From an uncultured Candidatus Saccharibacteria bacterium (GTDB taxonomy: Bacteria > Patescibacteriota > Minisyncoccia > Phycocordibacterales > Phycocordibacteraceae): 64,000 bases of DNA. The position numbers and the translations under genes are program-made. The stretch spans positions 3,688 through 67,687 of the forward strand of contig CAZWKU010000001.1 in the NCBI GenBank assembly GCA_964634595.1, written 5' to 3'. A model generated the notes under the pieces. It was not told the DNA's origin, did not search any database, and was given only the letters and a program-made list of their open reading frames with translations. Of the stretch, positions 28,240 through 37,263 are shown piece by piece. Within the stretch, counting starts at the first letter, position 1. Every line of letters begins with the position of its first letter.

Positions 28240-29977
28240 GGTCTCTTGTTCTTTCTTCAATAATACGGGGCTCGCTTCGCTTACCCAAAAACGCCGTACC
28301 AATAAGGAGCGCGCCGATGAGGAAGAAGGTGATGATACGCCCTGTGAGCTCCATCTTCCAAACATCGACCATTAACAGCCGTGCGACTACTATCCCCAAG
28401 AGGATACCTCCGTAGAGGAGGAGGCCTCGCTTTTCTTGCGTGCGACCCATGAAATAGGTAGTAATACCTATCACGGTATACACCACAAGTGCAATCATGG
28501 TAGCCAGGTCGTCGTTGGTGAGACCAGCATGGAGCGAGAGCCAGAGAAGTATGTATGCGTAGGCTGAACCGGCAACGAGAAGCAGAGCATTACCCGATCG
28601 GTCTTCAGAGTTTCCTGACGACTGTTTTACAAAGTAGCTCCCCAGAACAAGGAGCGCGACCGCAAGCACCGCGAGAACGAAAAATTCATCGTGAACAACC
28701 CCCTGCCTCCATGCAGGCGACGCAATGCTCTCAAACGACAGCACACCAGGGATAATAAAAAGAGCGCACAGTCGCCGTGCGATTCTTGTATCTTGGAGAA
28801 GCGCGCTCGCGATAAGTGGCAGCACCGCACTCTCGAGCGTTAAGGCAATGATCAGTGCCGACCCCTGAAGCTCGAACGCAGTGGCTGCCCCCAAGAACAC
28901 CACGCCAATACCCGAATACACAAAGAATGGCTCACGACGGCCCGTGGCCTGACAAAGCACAAACGCTCCTACCACAAATATAAGCATCCATGCAGCAACA
29001 CTAAGACTCTGCCACTCGGGTGATACGCCGTAGAGGATCCACGTAAGTAGAAAAGCGCCGTTCCCTGCTGCCGTAAGGAGGTCGGCGCTGTAAGAATTGT
29101 CCTTGAGCTTCATCAGGCTCACGGTGTTGGTGACAAAGAAGATTGCGGCAAAGGCGTAGGCAAACAGGAGCACCGTATCGCGATCAGCGCTGTTAAAGAG
29201 GTACGGGAGAGAGTAAAACGCGACCAGGATAAGCGCTGCAAAAGTAATATCTTTCATCCCGCTTACTGCAACTACCCACACCGCACCGAGCACCACTACC
29301 ATGAGGTACGCGAAGAGCAAAACAGTGTCAGACGTTCGGTCATCAACAAGAAAGGGAGCGATACCTGCGAGCACTAAGCTCGCAAGTGCAAGCGCACGAC
29401 TCTTGTAGAGAGCCGCGGCGGCGGCAACAAAGACGGTACTCAAGAACATGACACCGAGCGCCGATGCTGGTGTAAAAAAATCATACAGCGTGCGAGCGGC
29501 AAACAGAGTAAGGAGGATAGTGGTTGAACCCACCACCAAGAAGATTCCACCCTGGTGAATGCGCGTGCGAATACGCCACCACCCAAGGCCGATAAAGAGC
29601 ACACCCCCCGCAATGCCAAGGAGGATGCGCCCTTGCTCTCCTATCCAATTGTTTAAAAACGCATACGTGGTCAACCAGCCAAAACCGATAAGCAAGAGGA
29701 GCGCGCCAAGTTTCATCAGCCAATCCTCAGCAAGCCAAGCAAAAAAGGCGTTTGGCGCTGGTGCCGTCGTTTCAGTATCTACTACGCTTTCTTGAAGTCC
29801 GCTCTGTCTGGGAGCATGGGTCTCGTCAAGAGAAGTGGCGCTGGCAGTAACTGGAGCAACACTCGCCTGCCCTGGCCTACTCTGCAGGTTTTTAAGTTGT
29901 CGCTCAAGCGCATTTACCCTGCTGTGCACATGCACAAGTACCGCCACAAAGATGACTAAAAGCAAGGTGAAGATCAT
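28232..29977 (-). CDS. polytopic membrane protein, DUF2339-like
   Basis: 581 aa with an N-terminal helix/coiled coil followed by more than 12 TM helices. Confidence 0.5.
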   Translation of the reverse strand: MIFTLLLVIFVAVLVHVHSRVNALERQLKNLQSRPGQASVAPVTASATSLDETHAPRQSGLQESVVDTETTAPAPNAFFAWLAEDWLMKLGALLLLIGFGWLTTYAFLNNWIGEQGRILLGIAGGVLFIGLGWWRIRTRIHQGGIFLVVGSTTILLTLFAARTLYDFFTPASALGVMFLSTVFVAAAAALYKSRALALASLVLAGIAPFLVDDRTSDTVLLFAYLMVVVLGAVWVVAVSGMKDITFAALILVAFYSLPYLFNSADRDTVLLFAYAFAAIFFVTNTVSLMKLKDNSYSADLLTAAGNGAFLLTWILYGVSPEWQSLSVAAWMLIFVVGAFVLCQATGRREPFFVYSGIGVVFLGAATAFELQGSALIIALTLESAVLPLIASALLQDTRIARRLCALFIIPGVLSFESIASPAWRQGVVHDEFFVLAVLAVALLVLGSYFVKQSSGNSEDRSGNALLLVAGSAYAYILLWLSLHAGLTNDDLATMIALVVYTVIGITTYFMGRTQEKRGLLLYGGILLGIVVARLLMVDVWKMELTGRIITFFLIGALLIGTAFLGKRSEPRIIEERTRDHA

Positions 29978-30017
29978 ATCCCCTATTATGCCACAAAGTG
30001 CCGTGTATAATCCTCAC

Positions 30018-30851
30018 ATGCAAGAACCAGTGTGTTTTATTGGGGGTATGATAGTGCCCCTGCAGGAGGCGCGAGTGGGCGTTTACGATCTAGGGCTTTT
30101 GCGCGCCTTTGGCATTTATGAGGGCATTACCGCCATTAAGGGCGAGCCTTTTCATTTTCATGATCACTTCGCGCGCTTTGAACGCTCTGCAAAAGCGCTT
30201 GGGCTCACCCTCCCCTTTACTGAAGACGAGGCACTGCACGCAACACGCGAGATAGTAAAAAAGAATGCGGGAGAGGCACGCGCAACGGTACGGATGATAC
30301 TCACCGGGGGCGCGGCCGAGAGCGGCATTGTGCATGTGCCCGGGCGCGAGACTTTTTATATTTTGGCTGAAGTTGCAGAGCAATTCTCAAAGAAAATATA
30401 TGAGGAGGGCGGTTCACTCATTACGACCGAGCACCAACGCGCTCTGCCCGAATACAAGACCATTGATTACATCACCGCCGTGATGCTCCAACCACAACGT
30501 AAAGCGGCGGGTGCGGTCGATATGTTGTATGTCTCAAAGAGTGAAGTGCTTGAGTGCGGCGGGAGCAATATCTTTATTGTGAAAGGGAGTGAGCTCATAA
30601 CACCAAGTGAGGGCGTCTTGCACGGGATAACCCGCAAGGTCGTACTCGACCTTGCGGGTAACTCGTATCCAGTGCATGAGCGTCACGTCACTCTCGATGA
30701 ACTGCTCGGTGCTGATGAAGTTTTTATGACCGGCTCGTTTAAAGATATTGTGCCTATAGTGAAAATAGGTGATGCGCAAATTAGCACAGGCACCATAGGC
30801 CCCATCACCCGCGACCTTATGGCGCAGTTTAAGAAATACGCAGGTTTGTGA
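30018..30851 (+). CDS. class IV aminotransferase (branched-chain/D-amino-acid aminotransferase family)
   Basis: EVFMTGSFKDIVPIV and fold-type IV PLP pattern. Extended -10 TGTATAAT at 30003-30010 ends 7 nt upstream of ATG 30018 (possibly leaderless). Alternative start 29988. Confidence 0.7.
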   Translation: MQEPVCFIGGMIVPLQEARVGVYDLGLLRAFGIYEGITAIKGEPFHFHDHFARFERSAKALGLTLPFTEDEALHATREIVKKNAGEARATVRMILTGGAAESGIVHVPGRETFYILAEVAEQFSKKIYEEGGSLITTEHQRALPEYKTIDYITAVMLQPQRKAAGAVDMLYVSKSEVLECGGSNIFIVKGSELITPSEGVLHGITRKVVLDLAGNSYPVHERHVTLDELLGADEVFMTGSFKDIVPIVKIGDAQISTGTIGPITRDLMAQFKKYAGL

Positions 30852-30865
30852 TATAAAAAGCATAC

Positions 30866-30938
30866 GCGCCTATAGCTCAGTTGGTAGAGCAGCTCCCTCT
30901 TAAGGAGACGGTCCCTGGTTCGAGCCCAGGTAGGCGCA
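30866..30938 (+). tRNA. tRNA-Lys (anticodon CTT)
   Basis: GCGCCTA acceptor, D-arm TAGCTCAGTTGGTAGAGC, anticodon loop CUCUUAA, T-arm CCTGG/TTCGAGC/CCAGG. Confidence 0.75.
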
Positions 30939-31007
30939 CTCGCGAGGCGAGGATGTTTTGATGGTGACGGTAACATTAACGAATCAATCCACCCCGAAAG
31001 CAACCAC

Positions 31008-31250
31008 GTGCAGCTAAAAGTGCGTTTCTCCTCAGCCAGTCATGATTTCTTAGTATGGTTATTGAAACAAATTAAATGTTCATACGGTGTCAGCGGTGGT
31101 TCAATATATACTCACAAACGCAAATCGGTGGGTACCCTTAGCTTCGGGAAAGAGGATTCTATAAAGATCCTCCGTGCAATGTATCGAACTAATGACGAGC
31201 ATTTTCTGAAAAGAAAGTATAGAATAACTAGACGCTATCTGGGCGGGTAG
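31008..31250 (+). pseudogene. LAGLIDADG-type homing endonuclease fragment (single half-domain)
   Basis: 80 aa. HDFLVWLLKQIKCSYGVSGGSIY...TLSFGKEDSIKILRAMY resembles one LAGLIDADG half with the G-G-S-I-Y block. Too short for an active enzyme. The stop lies inside the next tRNA. Confidence 0.4.
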
Positions 31251-31322
31251 CCGAATTGGTATAGGCGCATGGCTTAGGACCATGTCCCGCAAGGGGTGGA
31301 GGTTCAAGTCCTCTCCCGCCCA
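31241..31322 (+). tRNA. tRNA-Leu (anticodon TAG), class II
   Basis: GGGCGGG acceptor, anticodon stem CATGG/CCATG with loop CUUAGGA, long variable arm, T-arm GGAGG/TTCAAGT/CCTCT. Confidence 0.85.
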
Positions 31323-31352
31323 CAAAAGCGAGCAAATACGGCATTTTTTACG

Positions 31353-31388
31353 GGCATATTGACAAATATGCCGTTTTGTGTATATAAT
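31353..31388 (+). promoter_or_regulatory. sigma-70-like promoter (TTGACA...TATAAT) with a perfect palindrome (GGCATATT-gaca-AATATGCC) overlapping the -35
   Basis: TTGACA at 31359-31364 and TATAAT at 31383-31388 (18-nt spacer, or 16 to TATATA). An 8-bp inverted repeat flanks the -35. Confidence 0.5.
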
Positions 31389-31441
31389 ATATACAGATTG
31401 CCCTTTGGCATCAACATACTCTCACACTAACGGAGGTACGG

Positions 31442-32755
31442 ATGACCACTACTACTGCCGCTACTCCTGCCACCTCTCCTGATCTCACCTGGAGAGAAGC
31501 AGTTAGGCAAGAATTAGAAGAAGAGACACTTCAACTTGAAAAGGAGCATAGCGACCTCGAAAATGAAATTGAGAAAAAAGCCGGGGATGACCCGACCTTT
31601 ACCCCTCCAGATCCTTCTTACTACTGGCTCGTGGTGAAGGTGTATGTTGTGCTTCAAGCTATCCTGCTTGTACTCGACATATTTTTTCTCAGCAAAGTCA
31701 CTGTCACAGCCGGGCTCCCGATTAACCTTGGGATGCTCATGCTCCTTCTGCAAGTCTGGCATGCATATGAATCAGTTACCTCAATCGGTGTCAACGAACT
31801 TGCAGGCTTTAGCCTTATGGGGCGACCATTGTTTGAACCAACAAATGGTCTCTACCTCGTCCCATGGGGACTCGTAGAAGTCTTAAGGGCAAGTAGAAAC
31901 TATAAGGATGTGCGCTTCCCAGGCCCGCCAGACAAGATCTTTAGGATTAGTGCAGAACAACAGAAAACACGTCCGGAAGGCGACAAGCCCCCTGATGGTA
32001 TGGTGCGACCGATTTTTGTAGTTACTGGCGAACCGCGTTTCAGCAAGGCAGACAAAGCCTTGCAAGCTGAACGGAATCCTCTTGATCGACAACTGCCAGT
32101 TGAGGTCTCTTACTTCTTACGCTTCCGTGTAAACCAGAAATATGGCGGTATCTTCCGCGTCGCACGAAATCTTTCTGTCTCTACAAACCCAAAGGATATC
32201 GAGGAAGCGATTAAGGACCTCATGCAAGAGCAGTCCGAGCGCGATATCAAAAGTGTCCTGACTCGGCAAACTGCCGCCACAATCACTGAGAACTGGTCAC
32301 TTGTCAACGAAGTATTTGCATGGAAAGCCAAGATCGCTGCCTTGCGCCTTGGTGTAGAAGTGGATACTGGTGGTTTGGATGACCTGAACCCAAGTCATGA
32401 GACTAATGTGACTATTGCTGAACTAGCCCGATCTGAGTTCAAGAAAGCGGCAACTATCACCGCCGCTGAAGCCGAGAAGCAAAAGCTTGTCCTTCATGGA
32501 GAGGGTGCGGCGAAAGCCGAACAGTCTCGCCTTGAAAGCATGGCCGCCGGATATAAAAAGATCCGTGATGATCTTGGTATTGATGGTAATGCGGTTATTG
32601 CTTCAGAAACGGCAAAAGAAGCTCTCCAAAAAGCGAACACTATCGTTGTCGGTACCGCGGGCGTCCAAGACCTTTTTGGACTCGTAGCTGCCGGCAAGCA
32701 AGTTCTGGGGAATAATCCTGGTGAATCCAAGACTAACGAAAGGAAAACATCATGA
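31442..32755 (+). CDS. SPFH/band-7 (flotillin/stomatin-like) protein
   Basis: N-terminal TM, SPFH-like core (FRISAEQQ...IFVVTGEPRF...VEVSYFLRFRVNQ), then an Ala/Glu/Lys-rich helical tail. Confidence 0.5.
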   Translation: MTTTTAATPATSPDLTWREAVRQELEEETLQLEKEHSDLENEIEKKAGDDPTFTPPDPSYYWLVVKVYVVLQAILLVLDIFFLSKVTVTAGLPINLGMLMLLLQVWHAYESVTSIGVNELAGFSLMGRPLFEPTNGLYLVPWGLVEVLRASRNYKDVRFPGPPDKIFRISAEQQKTRPEGDKPPDGMVRPIFVVTGEPRFSKADKALQAERNPLDRQLPVEVSYFLRFRVNQKYGGIFRVARNLSVSTNPKDIEEAIKDLMQEQSERDIKSVLTRQTAATITENWSLVNEVFAWKAKIAALRLGVEVDTGGLDDLNPSHETNVTIAELARSEFKKAATITAAEAEKQKLVLHGEGAAKAEQSRLESMAAGYKKIRDDLGIDGNAVIASETAKEALQKANTIVVGTAGVQDLFGLVAAGKQVLGNNPGESKTNERKTS

Positions 32756-33504
32756 CACTTGATCTCTCCCCGGGATCGACTGGGGCGATTCTTATATTCG
32801 CTCTGCTTTTGGGGATTATGGCGTGGAGGAGACGAAATGCCGGTACACAACAGAGCTTTAACCTCGGCAGTCTTGCAGGGGTGACTGGTAACCCAGATGC
32901 AAAAAAATGGGGTCTTGTCGCTCTGCTCGCTATCGCGTTGCCAGTCGTACTATATGCACTCGTGGCTTCGTTTCAGGATGGAGCCCCAAGCCCATTATCG
33001 GCATCGCGTGTGTGGATTACGATAGAGAAGGCGGCTCCGCTTATCACCTTTGTGGCTGTCACTGTATGGGCCTTCTCGAGTGCGTTTGGACCATGGAAGC
33101 AACCTATCCGCGATGGGATTCTGCTCTTCACGATTGTTCTGTGGGGTATTATCTCGGTTCTCACCCTTCTTGAAATAGGAGAGAAGCAGATCGCGGAGTG
33201 GAGTCAGCCTCCACGGCAGGTTGCCACAAGCGTGGTGCGAACCACCTGCACAGTCTTCAGGGAGGCGAGGCAGGTGTGCAAGTATGGCCCGCAGGGTATG
33301 TGGGTTCGAGTCACCACACACCCACAAAACTACTACCCTCGTTGGACCAGGGCGCCGAAGCAGTACCAAGACCTCAATGGAAGGATAAAGTCTTGGAACC
33401 CAGAGCTGAAAGACTACGCGACAGCGATATTCTTTCAAGCGCCACCCGAACTAGAGGATGAAGTCACTCTATGGCTCTCACCCTTTACAACGGGGGATGA
33501 ATGA
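32752..33504 (+). CDS. membrane protein, possible NfeD-like partner of the SPFH protein
   Basis: ATGA start/stop overlap with the SPFH gene. About 4 TM helices plus a soluble C-terminal domain. Confidence 0.35.
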   Translation: MTLDLSPGSTGAILIFALLLGIMAWRRRNAGTQQSFNLGSLAGVTGNPDAKKWGLVALLAIALPVVLYALVASFQDGAPSPLSASRVWITIEKAAPLITFVAVTVWAFSSAFGPWKQPIRDGILLFTIVLWGIISVLTLLEIGEKQIAEWSQPPRQVATSVVRTTCTVFREARQVCKYGPQGMWVRVTTHPQNYYPRWTRAPKQYQDLNGRIKSWNPELKDYATAIFFQAPPELEDEVTLWLSPFTTGDE

Positions 33505-33517
33505 TCTTTCAAACACT

Positions 33518-33557
33518 GAACCGCATCGCGCTACGCGCGATGCGGTTCTTTTTTTTA
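33518..33557 (+). terminator. rho-independent terminator
   Basis: Stem GAACCGCATCGCG, loop ctacg, stem CGCGATGCGGTTC, then TTTTTTTTT. Confidence 0.75.
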
Positions 33558-33560
33558 TCT

Positions 33561-33839
33561 TTAAAAAAGCCCGGTGATTCTTTGCACTGACGGCACATCA
33601 TTGAAGGTGCTGGTCACGAGATCGAGTATCCCGTATACCCCGAAAATAATACCGAGCCCGATAAGCCCCCACATAATAGCCTCACGCCCCTCCTTACGCG
33701 CCGTCCCGTCCTCTGCATGCATTATAAATTTAACCACTCCCCAGATAAAGAGTACGAAGGCAACCGCCGCAAGGAGAAGGAGTACCGGGTTAACGATCTC
33801 AGTGACGACCTTTTTCAAAAAGGCGTCTAGGGCAGACAT
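33561..33839 (-). CDS. small two-TM pilin-like membrane protein (array member 6)
   Basis: 92 aa with the conserved block NPVLLLLAAVAFVLFIWG...KEGREAIMWGLIGLGIIFGVYGIL. Confidence 0.5.
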   Translation of the reverse strand: MSALDAFLKKVVTEIVNPVLLLLAAVAFVLFIWGVVKFIMHAEDGTARKEGREAIMWGLIGLGIIFGVYGILDLVTSTFNDVPSVQRITGLF

Positions 33840-33841
33840 GG

Positions 33842-34207
33842 TTAGGTGCCAATGCCGCCAGTTACCGGATACTCTAACGGGCTTTCATCAAGTGGTACCG
33901 TATTCTTGATGATGTTCACGAGCCCCCAGACCGACACCATGACGAAAAATCCTATCAAGCCCCAGAGCATAAGATTACGACCCTTCTCTTTAACCTCATC
34001 ATTTGCGTAGCCCACGATAAAGGTCTGAAAGGCGCCCCACACAAAGACGATAAACGCGATAGCGAAGAGAACAGGTACCACTACATCATTGATGGTGTTG
34101 ATGATGAGACTACCGACCTCGCCGAGGTTGCTAACGACCGTTTGTGCCGAGGCAACAAGCGGGAAGGTCAAGAGGAGTCCGGCACCGATGGTAAGGGCTT
34201 TTTTCAT
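33842..34207 (-). CDS. small two-TM pilin-like membrane protein (array member 5)
   Basis: 121 aa. Signal peptide, then VVPVLFAIAFIVFVWG...EKGRNLMLWGLIGFFVMVSVWGLV. Confidence 0.5.
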   Translation of the reverse strand: MKKALTIGAGLLLTFPLVASAQTVVSNLGEVGSLIINTINDVVVPVLFAIAFIVFVWGAFQTFIVGYANDEVKEKGRNLMLWGLIGFFVMVSVWGLVNIIKNTVPLDESPLEYPVTGGIGT

Positions 34208-34277
34208 AATATGTATAAGTAATAACTAGAGTAATGATAGTCTGCCGCTAGATAAAGGCAATGAGCTCGTGTGGATA

Positions 34278-34814
34278 TCAGAGCTTCGGGTACGGCAAGG
34301 TGGAGTCAGATCTGGGGCCAACGCCTACATTCAAGAGCTCAACCCCCACATTTACTAGCCCCCAAAGTGAAAAGATAATAACGAAACCAATGACCCCATA
34401 GAGGACGAACTGCTTCCCCTCTTCGTGGTTTTTGTCGCTATCTCCCCCCTTGATAAAGTAGTTGTAGACTCCCCACAAAAATACAATAAAGGCAACAGCC
34501 GTGAGTAAGGGGACAAGGATATCGTTAATAAAGAACTTGATGTCGTTTGCGAAGCCTGCAAGGCGGGAGGTATTCAGCACGCCACCTCCCCCGCCACCAC
34601 CTGGCGCCTGACCTGTGCCTGTACTAGTCCCACGCACACAGGTGCCAGCCTTGCTCCCCTGCGGAAATTGAGTGTCGCAAGCCTCACCTGCAAGTGCCGA
34701 GCAGTCAGAAGCAGTATTGCACCCGGCTCCAACCGTAGCACTAGCAGTAGCGGGCAGCGCACTGACCCCTATCGAGCATGCAAAGAGAAGTGCAAAGAGC
34801 AAGAGTTTGCTCAT
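34278..34814 (-). CDS. pilin-like membrane protein with a Cys/Gly-rich N-terminal extracellular region (array member 4)
   Basis: Start MSKLLLF (trimmed from 34937). CNTASDCSALAGEACD...GGGGGGG, then LVPLLTAVAFIVFLWG...EEGKQFVLYGVIGFVIIFSLWGLV. Confidence 0.5.
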   Translation of the reverse strand: MSKLLLFALLFACSIGVSALPATASATVGAGCNTASDCSALAGEACDTQFPQGSKAGTCVRGTSTGTGQAPGGGGGGGVLNTSRLAGFANDIKFFINDILVPLLTAVAFIVFLWGVYNYFIKGGDSDKNHEEGKQFVLYGVIGFVIIFSLWGLVNVGVELLNVGVGPRSDSTLPYPKL

Positions 34815-34822
34815 AGTAGCTA

Positions 34823-35272
34823 TCAGATAGAGGCTGGGTACGGCGGACGCCCAATGCCCGCGAGGCCGAAGGTGTTTGCCACCACGAACACCAAACCCCA
34901 CACCGAAAGCATCACCACAAACCCGACAATCCCCCAAAGTATTAGCTGGTGAGCATTTGCCACCTCCTCTTCACCTCGCTTAAAGATGTAAGCGCGAAAG
35001 ACCCCCCACAAAAAGACAATGAAGGCTACCGCAAAGACGAGCGGCACTAAAACAAAATTGATCAACCAGATAAATTGACCGGCTACAACGCAGATCGTAT
35101 TAGTGCCGCATCCAAGCGTAAACGAGCCGATGCCTCCAACGCCAGAGCCCGACCCGATGCCAAAAAACCAACCGCCAGAGCCTACCCCGCCGACCACACT
35201 GGTCTGTGCCGCGGCAAGAACGGGAGTAAGAAAACTAAGTGTTGAGATTGTGATGCGGGTAAATATGTTCAT
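34823..35272 (-). CDS. pilin-like membrane protein with a Gly-rich N-terminal region (array member 3)
   Basis: 149 aa. Signal peptide, Gly-rich stretch, then LVPLVFAVAFIVFLWG...HQLILWGIVGFVVMLSVWGLV. Confidence 0.5.
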   Translation of the reverse strand: MNIFTRITISTLSFLTPVLAAAQTSVVGGVGSGGWFFGIGSGSGVGGIGSFTLGCGTNTICVVAGQFIWLINFVLVPLVFAVAFIVFLWGVFRAYIFKRGEEEVANAHQLILWGIVGFVVMLSVWGLVFVVANTFGLAGIGRPPYPASI

Positions 35273-35279
35273 GGCTCTA

Positions 35280-35534
35280 TTATGCAGGAGCCAGCCCCAG
35301 CGTGTCTAGGAGGATATACACTAACCCCCACACCGAGAACATAACAACCATCCCAAGAATACCCCAGAGCACAAACTCCCTCCCGTGGCGTCGGCCTTCG
35401 TCAGTGCCTGCTTCAATAAAAAAGAACCGTACTATCCCATACACTATGTATGCGAAGGCAAGCGCAATAATCGCTGGTATGACAAGCGTGTTTATAGCAC
35501 CCACGAGGCTCTCAATAAAAGTACGAAAGGTCAT
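35280..35534 (-). CDS. small two-TM pilin-like membrane protein (array member 2, start trimmed)
   Basis: VIPAIIALAFAYIVYG...RHGREFVLWGILGMVVMFSVWGLV. The longest ORF (to 35624) would overlap member 1. Confidence 0.45.
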   Translation of the reverse strand: MTFRTFIESLVGAINTLVIPAIIALAFAYIVYGIVRFFFIEAGTDEGRRHGREFVLWGILGMVVMFSVWGLVYILLDTLGLAPA

Positions 35535-35962
35535 GAGCCAACACTCAAAGCCTGCACGGTGGCCTCTATCCCAAGAGCAATGGCTTTCGAGCCAAGCAAG
35601 ACAAGTGCCCCGATAAGAGTCCACAGGAGTGCCTGTCGGGCCTCGGCTATTTTGTTCGGCTCATGAGAGTGGAGGACAAAGAGGTAGCCTATATATACCA
35701 CCATAAATACAATCGCTACCGAGCCAATGCGTATCACGAAATCAAGGATCTTGTTGAGGAGGTTCAAGATACAGGTCTGTACTGGAGTGCCCGTAGGGCA
35801 ACCACCCTGCAAAGGGTTTATGAGTTGTGTGCTTGGCGGTGGCATAAGATTGCCCGGCAATGAGCTTGGTGGTGGGACGAGCTGTGCAAACGCAGGGGTA
35901 ACGATAAAGAAAGAGAGAAGGACGACCGCTGACACTGTTTGTAGTATTTGCAAGCGTTTCAT
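35531..35962 (-). CDS. pilin-like membrane protein (array member 1, most divergent)
   Basis: 143 aa. Signal peptide, Pro-rich segment, then VAIVFMVVYIGYLFV...ARQALLWTLIGALVLLG. Confidence 0.4.
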   Translation of the reverse strand: MKRLQILQTVSAVVLLSFFIVTPAFAQLVPPPSSLPGNLMPPPSTQLINPLQGGCPTGTPVQTCILNLLNKILDFVIRIGSVAIVFMVVYIGYLFVLHSHEPNKIAEARQALLWTLIGALVLLGSKAIALGIEATVQALSVGS

Positions 35963-37263
35963 CGCGCAAAGAGGGCCGTGAGCGCACTCTCGGCAAGTGC
36001 CACTGCCCTAGTGATAGAGAGCCTGCCAGAGTTCACGTCGTTAATCATAGCGCTAAAGACGCTGTCGGTCTCTGCGGGCCCTGGGGACAGCCACCCGCGC
36101 GTGAAGAGCGCCGAATCGTAGGCAATAGCACTTACCGCATCAGAGGGGCGGTGCGCGAGAGCTCCGCGCACCGCAGGCGCGCGGAGCGTGTGGAGCGCCA
36201 GCAGTTGGTTATTCCCCACTTGCGTCAGCGCAACAGCTACTTGAAAGCCCCCTTCGTGGTTCTTTGCGCCCTTGGGGATCATAAACGCATAGAGGTGACC
36301 GTAGGTGGCCTTGGTTCCCCTTTCACTATATTGCGGCAATACGGCAACATCGAAATCAAGATTAGGGTTAGCCTCGCGCAGGTGACCGACCTCTGAGGCA
36401 TAGCCCAGATAAAATGCGAGATCTCCCTGCAAAAAGCGCTCTTGGGACCCTTCAAGCCCGGCATTCCACGAGTAGAGACTCTTCGAGGGATCAGCAAATT
36501 GGGTATAGAAGCGTACCACTGCCTCAGCCGGCGGGATACCGCTTTCAGCACGAGTGCCAAGATCAGCTCTCGGCTGACCAGTACTCACAATAACCGAGAG
36601 AGGCGCGCCCAACTGCATGAACAATGAGGAGAGAATCCCTCGAGCGTTCTGCACATTTGCATAGGTCCCAAACGCAACGAGACTCTTGTCGATGCCACCC
36701 GAAGGCGTGCGAGTCACTACGGCGTTTATATGACCTGAAAGCTCATCCCAGGTGAGGGGCGGTCGAACGATACCCGCCGAAGAGAGCATGGTGCGGTTGT
36801 AAAAAAGAACAAGCGGGTCGATGAGAATAGGGAGACCGAGCGACCCTGAGCCGTCGGGGAGTAAAAATATCTCACCTCCTGCGGTAAAAGCATCTTTAAA
36901 AGTCCGCTCGCTGACCCTTTCAACAGAAATCGAACGTACGTACGGCGCAAGGGCAGAGAGGTGCTCGTGAGAGGCAAGTACGAGATCAGGTGGCGTCCCC
37001 TGCGCAATAGCCGCGACTAACTCTTGGGGTAGTTGATTTGGCTCAAAATCTACATAGGTGACATTACCAAACGTCTGATCTGCTCTCCGCAAATTCTCGA
37101 GTGCCGCGTGCACCCCCTTTTCAGGTATTGAACCCCAAATCAGAACCGAGCCTACCCCCGCTGTACCCCCCTCAGGCCTGTAAAACGAAAAGACGGCCAC
37201 ACCAATGATTCCCGCGAGTGCGCATACTCCAAGCACTATCCCCTGAAACAGCGTTATCTTCAT
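35959..37263 (-). CDS. membrane-anchored extracellular solute-binding-protein-like protein
   Basis: 434 aa with an N-terminal TM helix and a periplasmic-binding-protein-like alpha/beta pattern. Overlaps both neighbours by 4 nt. Confidence 0.4.
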   Translation of the reverse strand: MKITLFQGIVLGVCALAGIIGVAVFSFYRPEGGTAGVGSVLIWGSIPEKGVHAALENLRRADQTFGNVTYVDFEPNQLPQELVAAIAQGTPPDLVLASHEHLSALAPYVRSISVERVSERTFKDAFTAGGEIFLLPDGSGSLGLPILIDPLVLFYNRTMLSSAGIVRPPLTWDELSGHINAVVTRTPSGGIDKSLVAFGTYANVQNARGILSSLFMQLGAPLSVIVSTGQPRADLGTRAESGIPPAEAVVRFYTQFADPSKSLYSWNAGLEGSQERFLQGDLAFYLGYASEVGHLREANPNLDFDVAVLPQYSERGTKATYGHLYAFMIPKGAKNHEGGFQVAVALTQVGNNQLLALHTLRAPAVRGALAHRPSDAVSAIAYDSALFTRGWLSPGPAETDSVFSAMINDVNSGRLSITRAVALAESALTALFAR

